Below are positions 56,635 through 64,000 of a stretch of DNA of 64,000 bases, in pieces. Positions within the stretch are counted from its first letter, which is position 1, and each line of letters opens with the position of its first letter. Origin of the DNA: Flavobacteriales bacterium (GTDB lineage: Bacteria > Bacteroidota > Bacteroidia > Flavobacteriales_F > PHOS-HE28); assembly GCA_016704485.1 (NCBI GenBank), contig JADJAA010000002.1:239591-303590 (forward strand), in the 5' to 3' direction. Both the position numbers and the translations under genes were made by a program. Under the pieces are notes generated by a model. It was not told where the DNA came from, ran no database searches, and worked only from the letters and a program-made list of their open reading frames with translations.

Positions 56635-58518
56635 ATGTCAGTAGTAGAGAATAACAAAGTAACCTTCGCCGAACCACCAGCGGATTTCGATTGGGCGGCA
56701 TTGGAAGAAGGAAAGACCCCTGAGGCTACCACAGCTCGTTTGGCTATGGAAAAGGCCTACGAGGACACCCTCAGCAGCATCCAGGAACACGAGGTGTTGA
56801 TGGGTACCGTGGTGGGTATGAATAAGAAGGAAGTAGTGATCAACATCGGCTATAAGTCCGAAGGTGTTGTTCCTATCAGTGAATTCCGGTACAAGGAGGA
56901 CCTCGCGATCGGCGATAAGGTCGAAGTGTACATTGAGAAGCAAGAAGATAAGGGTGGTCAAATGATCATCAGCCATAAGACCGCGCGCGTTCACAACGCA
57001 TGGGGCAAGGTCAATGGCGCCATGGAAAGCAGCGCGATCATTACCGGTTACGTTAAGTGCCGCACCAAAGGCGGTCTTATCGTTGATGTATTCGGCATCG
57101 AGGCCTTCTTACCAGGTAGCCAGATCGATGTGAAGCCGATCCGTGATTACGATCAGTACGTTGGCAAGAACATGGAATTCAAGGTCGTGAAGATCAACCA
57201 GGAATTCAAGAACGTTGTTGTTTCACATAAAGCACTGATCGAAGCCGAACTGGAAGCCCAGAAGAAGCAGATCATTGGTGGCTTGGAGAAAGGTCAGGTA
57301 TTGGAAGGTACCGTCAAGAACATCACCAGCTACGGAGTGTTCGTGGATCTGGGCGGTGTGGACGGACTCATCCACATCACGGATCTCAGCTATGGCCGCG
57401 TAAGCCATCCGGAAGAGGTGGTGAAGTTGGACGAAAAGATCAACGTTGTAATTCTGGATTTCGACGACGAGAAGCGTCGTATCGCACTTGGTCTGAAGCA
57501 GCTTAGCGCCCATCCATGGGATGCATTGAGCGCTGACATGAACGCAGGCGACAAAGTGAAGGGCAAAGTGATGGTGATCACCGACTACGGTGCATTCGTT
57601 GAGGTATCAGCAGGCGTAGAAGGCCTATTGCACGTTAGCGAAATGAGCTGGAGCCAGCATCTGCGCAGTCCGAAGGACTTCCTCAAGGAAGGACAGGAGA
57701 TCGATTGCGTGGTCTTGAACATCGACCGTGAAGAGCGGAAGATGAGCTTAGGAATGAAGCAGCTCGCTGCTGATCCATGGGCGGAGATCGAAGCGAAATA
57801 CCCGGTCAACAGCAAGCATCAGGCGAAAGTCCGCAACTTCACGCACTTCGGCATCTTCGCCGAATTGGAAGAAGGTGTTGATGGATTGATCCACATCAGC
57901 GATCTAAGCTGGACCAAGCGTATCAAGCACCCAAGCGAATTCTGCAATGTGGGTGATGATATCGAGGTCATGGTATTGGAGGTCGATAGAGAGAATCGTC
58001 GATTGAGCCTTGGCCATAAGCAAGTTGAGGAGAACCCATGGGAAGTGTTCGCAGGGGTATTCGTACCTGGAAGCACGCACGAGGGAGCCATCACTGGCCG
58101 CGCTGGTCAGAACTTCATCGTGAGCTTGTCCTATGGAGTTGAAGGCACTGTAACGGCCAAGAACCTGAAGAAGGCCGATGGTGGCAAAGCCGAAATGGAA
58201 GAGAAGCTACCGTTCGTGGTACTCGAATTCAATGCCGAAGCACGCCGGATCGTCCTAAGCCACACCCGCACCTTCGAAGAGGGTGAAGAGGTGATCGAAT
58301 CCGCTCCAGCAGCTGGTGGCAAGAAAGGCGTCCGCAAGGAAGGTTCCGGCGGTGGTGCGACAGCACTGAAGAGCGTGAACGAAAAGGTTGAAAAGAGCAC
58401 GTTAGGAGACCTCAGCGTATTGAGCGATCTGAAGAGCGCAATGGAATCCAAAGAGCGGACCGGTAAGGCTAAAAAAGCCAAGAAGTTCGTGGAAGACGAC
58501 GACGATGACGAAGCGTAA
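56635..58518 (+). CDS. rpsA: 30S ribosomal protein S1
   Basis: 627 aa with six S1 repeats and an acidic C-terminus (DDDDDEA). Confidence 0.95.
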   Translation: MSVVENNKVTFAEPPADFDWAALEEGKTPEATTARLAMEKAYEDTLSSIQEHEVLMGTVVGMNKKEVVINIGYKSEGVVPISEFRYKEDLAIGDKVEVYIEKQEDKGGQMIISHKTARVHNAWGKVNGAMESSAIITGYVKCRTKGGLIVDVFGIEAFLPGSQIDVKPIRDYDQYVGKNMEFKVVKINQEFKNVVVSHKALIEAELEAQKKQIIGGLEKGQVLEGTVKNITSYGVFVDLGGVDGLIHITDLSYGRVSHPEEVVKLDEKINVVILDFDDEKRRIALGLKQLSAHPWDALSADMNAGDKVKGKVMVITDYGAFVEVSAGVEGLLHVSEMSWSQHLRSPKDFLKEGQEIDCVVLNIDREERKMSLGMKQLAADPWAEIEAKYPVNSKHQAKVRNFTHFGIFAELEEGVDGLIHISDLSWTKRIKHPSEFCNVGDDIEVMVLEVDRENRRLSLGHKQVEENPWEVFAGVFVPGSTHEGAITGRAGQNFIVSLSYGVEGTVTAKNLKKADGGKAEMEEKLPFVVLEFNAEARRIVLSHTRTFEEGEEVIESAPAAGGKKGVRKEGSGGGATALKSVNEKVEKSTLGDLSVLSDLKSAMESKERTGKAKKAKKFVEDDDDDEA

Positions 58519-58540
58519 GCTACGTTCCAAGTGAATTGAA

Positions 58541-58577
58541 AAGCCCGGTGCCGCAAGGTTACCGGGCTTTTTCTTAT
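58541..58577 (+). terminator. Rho-independent terminator after rpsA
   Basis: aagcccggt..accgggctt stem followed by a ttttcttat U-tract. Confidence 0.8.
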
Positions 58578-58723
58578 ACAGCCACCTGCCTCAATACCAT
58601 CATAGCCCGCGTACGATCTCGTAGGAAGTAAGTAGCTAAAGGATGGATCTGTCTAATCCATTCTTAATTTTTCATTGTTCATTCTACATTCTACATTCCC
58701 TTAGGTCCGGTATCTTCGCCGCC

Positions 58724-59266
58724 ATGCAGCCGCTTTCACTCCTCACCTCTAAAGCCTTTGGGCTTACTGTAGGGCGGTTGTGCTACCAGTTGATCGAGGA
58801 CCATGGCGACATGAGCGGCGTAGCGCTGATCGGCTTACAACCGCGCGGCGTGTTCTTGGCTAGGCGGTTACGCAAGGAATTGCAACGCATCATAGGCAAG
58901 GAGAATTTGTATTATGGCGAACTGGACATCACCTTCCATCGGGACGATTTTCGTCACCGGTCCACACCCGCTGCACCCCGAACGACCGATCTGGAATTCA
59001 GCTTGGATGAACGGAAAGTGGTGATAGTTGATGATGTCTTATACACAGGGCGCACCATCCGTGCGGGACTCGATGCAATGCTCGCTTTTGGCAGGCCGGC
59101 CAGTGTTCAGTTATTGGTTCTGGTGGATAGGCGTTTCAGTCGCGAACTCCCGATACAGCCTGATTATGTGGGCAAATGGGTGGATAGCATTGATGGCCAA
59201 CGCGTAAATGTGGAGTGGCAGGAAAGTGACGGTAAGGATCAGGTATTATTGCTCAACGATCGATAA
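58724..59266 (+). CDS. pyrR: Bifunctional pyrimidine operon regulator / uracil phosphoribosyltransferase
   Basis: Start at the ATG at 58724. PRTase motif VVIVDDVLYTGRT. Confidence 0.85.
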   Translation: MQPLSLLTSKAFGLTVGRLCYQLIEDHGDMSGVALIGLQPRGVFLARRLRKELQRIIGKENLYYGELDITFHRDDFRHRSTPAAPRTTDLEFSLDERKVVIVDDVLYTGRTIRAGLDAMLAFGRPASVQLLVLVDRRFSRELPIQPDYVGKWVDSIDGQRVNVEWQESDGKDQVLLLNDR

Positions 59267-60252
59267 TGAAGAAGTCCAGCACCAAGATCGAGAATGCTGA
59301 AGCCAGCGACCAGCTTAGCACGCAGCACTTGTTGGGCATAAAGGATCTAAGCGCTGCTGACATTGAGTTGATCTTCCGCACTGCGGATGGTTTCAAGGAA
59401 GTACTGGGCAGGCCGATAAAGAAAGTTCCATCGTTACGCGATATCACCATTGCTAATCTCTTCTTCGAAAGCAGCACACGAACGCGTGTGAGCTTTGAGC
59501 TTGCTGAGAAACGGTTAAGTGCCGATGTGGTCAACTTCAGTAGCAGTGGTTCCAGCGTGAGCAAGGGTGAAACCTTGGTGGATACCGTGAACAACATCCT
59601 GGCCATGAAAGTGGATATGGTGGTGATGCGACACCCGGACCCCGGTGCAGCCATGTTCTTAAGCAGGCATATCAATGCGAGTATCGTGAATGCTGGAGAT
59701 GGCACGCATGAACATCCCACCCAAGCACTTCTGGATGCTTACAGCATTCGGGAGAAACTTGGGAAGGTCCGCGGTAAGAAAGTGTTGATCGTGGGAGATA
59801 TTCTTCATTCACGGGTAGCATTGAGCAATATCTTCTGTTTACAAAAACTGGGTGCCGAGGTCATGTTATGCGGACCGGCCACGCTTATTCCCAAGCATAT
59901 AACAAATCTTGGAGTAAAAGTTGAACATGATTTAGATAAAGCACTGATCTGGTGTGATGTAGCGAATATGCTTCGCATCCAAATGGAGCGGCAAAAAGGG
60001 GATGGGATCTCTAATTTCCCAAGTCTTCGTGAATATGCTATGCTTTATGGTTTGGACCTGGAACGATACAAGCGGCTCGGAAAGGAGATCGTGATCATGC
60101 ACCCGGGTCCGATAAATCGTGGAGTTGAAATAAGTAGCGAAGTAGCCGACCATGCCAATAGCATAATATTGGACCAGGTAAGCAATGGGGTAGCGGTGCG
60201 CATGGCCGTATTGTATCTGCTTGCAGCACGTATCCCACGTCTACCTGTTTGA
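59266..60252 (+). CDS. pyrB: Aspartate carbamoyltransferase catalytic subunit
   Basis: STRTR carbamoyl-phosphate motif and HPxQ (HEHPTQAL). Start overlaps the pyrR stop. Confidence 0.9.
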   Translation: MKKSSTKIENAEASDQLSTQHLLGIKDLSAADIELIFRTADGFKEVLGRPIKKVPSLRDITIANLFFESSTRTRVSFELAEKRLSADVVNFSSSGSSVSKGETLVDTVNNILAMKVDMVVMRHPDPGAAMFLSRHINASIVNAGDGTHEHPTQALLDAYSIREKLGKVRGKKVLIVGDILHSRVALSNIFCLQKLGAEVMLCGPATLIPKHITNLGVKVEHDLDKALIWCDVANMLRIQMERQKGDGISNFPSLREYAMLYGLDLERYKRLGKEIVIMHPGPINRGVEISSEVADHANSIILDQVSNGVAVRMAVLYLLAARIPRLPV

Positions 60253-60322
60253 AACTAGGTATTACGTAACCTATGTCGGGCGTATCGATCCAAGTATATC
60301 TTTGGCGGGAACGCGGATCACC

Positions 60323-60697
60323 ATGAATTTTACCATAGAAGACAAAGGACGTTACACACTTGTGACCAGCAATGTGGACAAACTTGATACTACCTGTGCT
60401 CCGGAACTGAAGAGCGAGCTCGTCTATCTGAACAAGACGGGAGTGAGGAACGTTATCATCGATCTGACCACTACGCGCTATTGCGATAGCTCGGGACTCA
60501 GTGCATTGTTGGTAGCAAATCGCTTGTGCAAAAGCGTTAATGGATTGCTCGTGGTATGTGGTTTGCAGGAACCCGTTCAGAAACTGGTACAGATCTCTCA
60601 GCTGGAGAGCGTGTTGTCGATAACACCAACACCGGCCGAAGCAGTTGATCTGTTGTACATGGAAGAGATCGAAAAGGACGTTAACAAAGACCAATAA
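60323..60697 (+). CDS. STAS-domain anti-sigma-factor antagonist
   Basis: Start at the ATG at 60323. DSSGLSALL phosphorylatable-Ser motif. Confidence 0.7.
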   Translation: MNFTIEDKGRYTLVTSNVDKLDTTCAPELKSELVYLNKTGVRNVIIDLTTTRYCDSSGLSALLVANRLCKSVNGLLVVCGLQEPVQKLVQISQLESVLSITPTPAEAVDLLYMEEIEKDVNKDQ

Positions 60698-60706
60698 TCC
60701 GTTTGA

Positions 60707-61468
60707 ATGAAAAAAGTAATACTCTCAGTGATCATCGCAGCTAGTGCTGGAAGCGCAATGGCTCAGGCATGTACTCCTGATCCGATCTATGCGGACAGCC
60801 TTTACGGGATCTGGCCGGATACGACCACGAATATGGCACCGGGTATGGTCGGTATAGCTTACGAGCAAGTGTTGAACATGATCATTCCATCGGATGCTGG
60901 TTTGATCGATCCTCAATATGTTGGTGTGGTTCTGGATTCCATTGCACTCGATGGTCTCTCCGGTATGCCGGATGGTCTTAGTTATGCGTGTAACAGCCAA
61001 ACTCCGGCACCGTGCTCCTATTTAACTGGCCAATTGGGTTGTGCAATTATTACAGGCGTGCCTACCACAGAGGGTACTTTCCCTTTGGCAATTGAGGTTA
61101 CGGCCTTTACAAACATCTTCGGACAAGTTATTCCAGTGCCGCAGACCTTTAGCGGGTATAGCATTGTGATCTCCCAGAACAATGTCGGTATTCTGGAAGG
61201 GGAGTTGATCGCTACAGGTTCAGCGCGTGCCGTGCCGAATCCATTCACCACGAACACCAACATCGAGTTCCAAATGGCCCGCTCAGGTCAAGTGAAGCTC
61301 AGCGTGTTCAACCTATTAGGTGAAAAACTATGGTCAAAGACCGTGGCTGGCAAGAACGGCTTGAACAAAGTACCATACGAAAGCACCGATCTTCAGGATG
61401 GGATCTACCTTTTCAAGGTTGAGTCCGGAAATGATGTATTCACAGGTCGTATGGTCGTTAGGCATTGA
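60707..61468 (+). CDS. Secreted protein with T9SS C-terminal sorting domain
   Basis: Signal peptide MKKVILSVIIAASAGSAMAQA. C-terminal VPNPFTTNTNIEF...GIYLFKVESGNDVFTGRMVV is a Por-type CTD. Confidence 0.7.
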   Translation: MKKVILSVIIAASAGSAMAQACTPDPIYADSLYGIWPDTTTNMAPGMVGIAYEQVLNMIIPSDAGLIDPQYVGVVLDSIALDGLSGMPDGLSYACNSQTPAPCSYLTGQLGCAIITGVPTTEGTFPLAIEVTAFTNIFGQVIPVPQTFSGYSIVISQNNVGILEGELIATGSARAVPNPFTTNTNIEFQMARSGQVKLSVFNLLGEKLWSKTVAGKNGLNKVPYESTDLQDGIYLFKVESGNDVFTGRMVVRH

Positions 61469-61528
61469 TCTGCACAGATGATAACGAATAAGACAGGCCT
61501 CGCACATGCGGGGCCTTCTTCATGAGCA

Positions 61529-62443
61529 ATGTCCACCCCACGATTCGATGTGACCACGTTAGGAACAGGAGCTGCCTTACCGGCAAGGGGGCGCTATCCC
61601 ACGGCGCAATTGCTGAACATCCATGAGGCATTGTACCTAGTGGATTGTGGTGAAGGCACGCAAGAAAGGCTGCGCTCGGCTGGCATCAATATGCAACGCA
61701 TTGGGCACATTTTCATCAGCCATTTGCACGGGGATCACTACCTCGGCCTAATGGGTCTCATCAGCTCCATGCATCTTATGGGGAGGCAAGCCGAATTGCA
61801 TGTATACGCCGCCATCGAACTGAAAGAGATCATCGAGCTGCAAATGCGTGTTTCGGGAACCTACTTGCGTTTTTCATTGGAGTTTCACCCGATCGTAGCT
61901 GAGAGTGGAACGGTGATCCTGGAAAATGTGCAAGTATCCGTTTCCACATTGGCGTTAAAACATCGCATACCATGTGTAGGCTTCGTGTTCCGCGAATCAC
62001 TACGGCCTAGAAGCCTGCGGAAGGAGCGCGTTGACGAGATCCCCCATTACATGCGCTCGAGCATAAAACAAGGCGCCGATCTGGAACTTCCGGATGGTTC
62101 GATGATACTGAATACCGAACTCACCGAAGACCCGCCACCACCGCGTAGTTATGCATATTGTTCAGATACGGCATACGAACCGGCGTTGATCCCCTTTCTG
62201 AGGGGCGTTGACCTCTTGTATCATGAAGCAACCTTCACTTCCCCATTCGCCGCTCGTGCCAAGGAAACGATGCATAGCACAGCTGCTCAAGCCGCTCAAG
62301 TGGCCAAGGAGGCCGGAGTAGGGCAATTGCTCCTTGGTCATTTCAGCTCGCGTTATAAAAGTGCAGGGCCACTGCTACAAGAAGCCATTCAGATCTTTCC
62401 AAACACCCTGCTTAGCTACGAGAGTGCGACCTTTCCGGTTTGA
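61529..62443 (+). CDS. rnz: Ribonuclease Z (metallo-beta-lactamase fold)
   Basis: HxHxDH motif ISHLHGDHYLGL. Confidence 0.85.
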   Translation: MSTPRFDVTTLGTGAALPARGRYPTAQLLNIHEALYLVDCGEGTQERLRSAGINMQRIGHIFISHLHGDHYLGLMGLISSMHLMGRQAELHVYAAIELKEIIELQMRVSGTYLRFSLEFHPIVAESGTVILENVQVSVSTLALKHRIPCVGFVFRESLRPRSLRKERVDEIPHYMRSSIKQGADLELPDGSMILNTELTEDPPPPRSYAYCSDTAYEPALIPFLRGVDLLYHEATFTSPFAARAKETMHSTAAQAAQVAKEAGVGQLLLGHFSSRYKSAGPLLQEAIQIFPNTLLSYESATFPV

Positions 62444-62486
62444 ACGATCGGATCCTGAAGAACTTTTGTTGGGTTGCGTTTACTTC

Positions 62487-62516
62487 ACACCTACATTTGC
62501 CATCATTAGATTGATT
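62487..62516 (+). promoter_or_regulatory. Bacteroidota sigma-A type promoter (-33 TTG / -7 TAnnTTTG) for the LuxR-type regulator
   Basis: gttgggTTGcgtttacttcacaccTAcaTTTGcc lies about 15 bp upstream of the 62528 start. Confidence 0.5.
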
Positions 62517-62527
62517 CTAAATAAGGG

Positions 62528-63208
62528 ATGTTGGTAAGAACGCTTCTAGCGGATCATAGTGAGTTATCGTTAATAGGGCTACAGAGCATATTTGCGGATG
62601 TGCCTCGGATCGAAGTGGTTGGTGTTGCAAGGGATCCAATTGAGCTACAGGCGCAGATCGTGCGTTTGAAACCGCATATCGTATTATTGGACCACACGGC
62701 TGAAGGATTCGGGCCACAAGCAATACGCGAAGGAAGAAAACGCTCACGTTCCACCCTATTCGTGTCGATCACCACCGATCCATCAGCATTTGCTTTGATG
62801 GGGGCTATACGCGCAGGAGTAACGAGTTACATTAAGAAGGATTGCGATATTGATGAGATCATCAATGCGGTATTGCAAACTGCGGATGGGGATAAGTTCT
62901 TTTGTGGAAAGATCCTGGAAACGTTGCGAAAGTCCAGCTTCGATATGGAACAATTCCTCACCGAACCCTTATCGTGCACCCCGGTTACGCTGAGTGACCG
63001 CGAATGTGAAGTAATATCATTGATCGCAGAAGGCCAGAGCTATACGCGTATTGCCGAGGCATTACATTTGAGTGCACATACGATCACAACGCACAGACGG
63101 AACATCATGCAGAAGTTGGGGGTGAATAACACCGCAGCTGTCGTTATGTATGCTGTGAAGAACGGCTTGGTAAGTCAGAATAAGTTCTTGTTCAATAAGT
63201 TGGGTTGA
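62528..63208 (+). CDS. LuxR/NarL-family response regulator (atypical receiver + HTH)
   Basis: C-terminal LuxR HTH LSDRECEVISLIAEGQSYTRIAEALHLSAHTITTHRRNIMQKLGV. Confidence 0.8.
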   Translation: MLVRTLLADHSELSLIGLQSIFADVPRIEVVGVARDPIELQAQIVRLKPHIVLLDHTAEGFGPQAIREGRKRSRSTLFVSITTDPSAFALMGAIRAGVTSYIKKDCDIDEIINAVLQTADGDKFFCGKILETLRKSSFDMEQFLTEPLSCTPVTLSDRECEVISLIAEGQSYTRIAEALHLSAHTITTHRRNIMQKLGVNNTAAVVMYAVKNGLVSQNKFLFNKLG

Positions 63209-63231
63209 ACCCACTACTTGAGTCTTCGGTC

Positions 63232-64000
63232 ATGGCTGGAATTACGGTGATCGGAGAAATAGGCGGCACGTCTTCCAGGTGGGCATTCATGGAACCGGAC
63301 AGGTCGGTCCGGGTATTTCCGAACAAAGGCGAAGTACTATCCGGCTTTAACCCGTTGAATGGTGATGCTGACCAATTCGTAGCAAGTGTTTCGGGATATT
63401 TCAAGACCAATTTTCCCGGTTACGTTGACCATGGTAATGTGCAGGTCTATGGCGCAGGATGCGGATCCCCGGAGCGCACACAGCGCATGTCGGAGGCATT
63501 GAGCAGGATCTGGCCTACTGCCGAAATAGCAGTGGATACGGATATACTGGGGGCTGCAAAGGGCTTATGCGGTAGCGATCCAGGTCTGGTCTTGATATTA
63601 GGAACTGGAATGAGTGCCGGGTATTGGGACGGGACCAACCTCTTTCGACCTATGCCATCACTAGGTTTCATAATAGGCGATGAAGGCAGCGGGGCGGATA
63701 TTGGCCGAACGATCCTACAAGATGCGTTCTACAAGCGGATGCCCTTCCATTTGATCGAAGCCTTGTTCGGTGAGGATGGGCCGGATCTTTCTTTGATCCT
63801 CGAGAGCATACATCGGTCAGCATTCCCTGCTCGCGCATTGGCTTCTTATACAGCGAAGCTTAGTGTTCATAGAGAGGAACGTTATGTTCGTGAACTGATC
63901 CTGTCGCGGTTCCACGCAATGGCTGAACTGCTTGTACTGTTCTTTTCGCCTGAGCAGCGAGCGAATGTTGCAGCTACGGGATCCGTTTCATTCGGCTTCA
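63232..64000 (+). CDS. BadF/BadG/BcsA/BcsB-type ATPase (N-acetylglucosamine-kinase-like), 3' end runs off window
   Basis: ATG at 63232. GEIGGTSSRWAF and LGTGMSAGY are ASKHA-fold phosphate motifs. No stop before position 64000. Confidence 0.6.
   Translation, partial: MAGITVIGEIGGTSSRWAFMEPDRSVRVFPNKGEVLSGFNPLNGDADQFVASVSGYFKTNFPGYVDHGNVQVYGAGCGSPERTQRMSEALSRIWPTAEIAVDTDILGAAKGLCGSDPGLVLILGTGMSAGYWDGTNLFRPMPSLGFIIGDEGSGADIGRTILQDAFYKRMPFHLIEALFGEDGPDLSLILESIHRSAFPARALASYTAKLSVHREERYVRELILSRFHAMAELLVLFFSPEQRANVAATGSVSFGF

Noticed and set aside
1-64000. tRNA, rRNA or tmRNA genes
   Set aside because: No cloverleaf-compatible 70-90-nt segment or rRNA-like conserved block was recognised in any intergenic region. 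A tRNAscan run would be needed to be certain.

Overview
This 64-kb window is a Bacteroidota-type chromosomal segment: T9SS cargo proteins with Por-type C-terminal domains, a PorQ-like protein, a TAnnTTTG-type promoter, and housekeeping genes including lon, rpsA, ispH, queA, cmk, pyrR-pyrB and rnz. Most of the window (11.3-64 kb) is ordinary core genome: a PaaZ-like bifunctional aldehyde dehydrogenase/hydratase, transporters, peptidases, two-component proteins, and a phosphate uptake pair (DUF47-PiT). The unusual part is roughly 2.2-11.3 kb. It holds a 2.65-kb gene-free stretch packed with helically phased tandem repeats: a 42-bp x10 array plus three contiguous 22-bp arrays totalling about 38 units. 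Next comes an intact IS110-family transposase with structured non-coding flanks. After that is a tightly packed, translationally coupled four-gene minus-strand operon: a Rad50/SMC-like ABC ATPase with a CxxC..CxxC zinc-hook-like insert, a 199-aa unknown protein, a 354-aa protein with a PD-(D/E)xK-like D..EIK motif, and an SPPY amino-methyltransferase. This cassette is my best candidate for an undescribed defence system. It reads as an ABC-3C/Lamassu-like ATPase module co-transcribed with a restriction-modification-like nuclease/methylase pair. It abuts a diverged duplicate of the paaZ 3' end, which suggests an acquired island. A separate small MITE-like element with 10-bp direct repeats and 18-bp inverted repeats sits in the lon-S8 peptidase intergenic region. 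Several other ORFs carry less common architectures: a TIMP-like 'CSC' secreted protein, a GNAT-nitrilase fusion, a NYN+cold-shock protein, and an orphan RnfD-like protein. No rRNA, tRNA or CRISPR array was recognised by eye. Many ORF-track entries are antisense or repeat-driven artefacts, and several track 'M' starts are TTG/GTG codons, so some starts below have been moved to internal ATGs.
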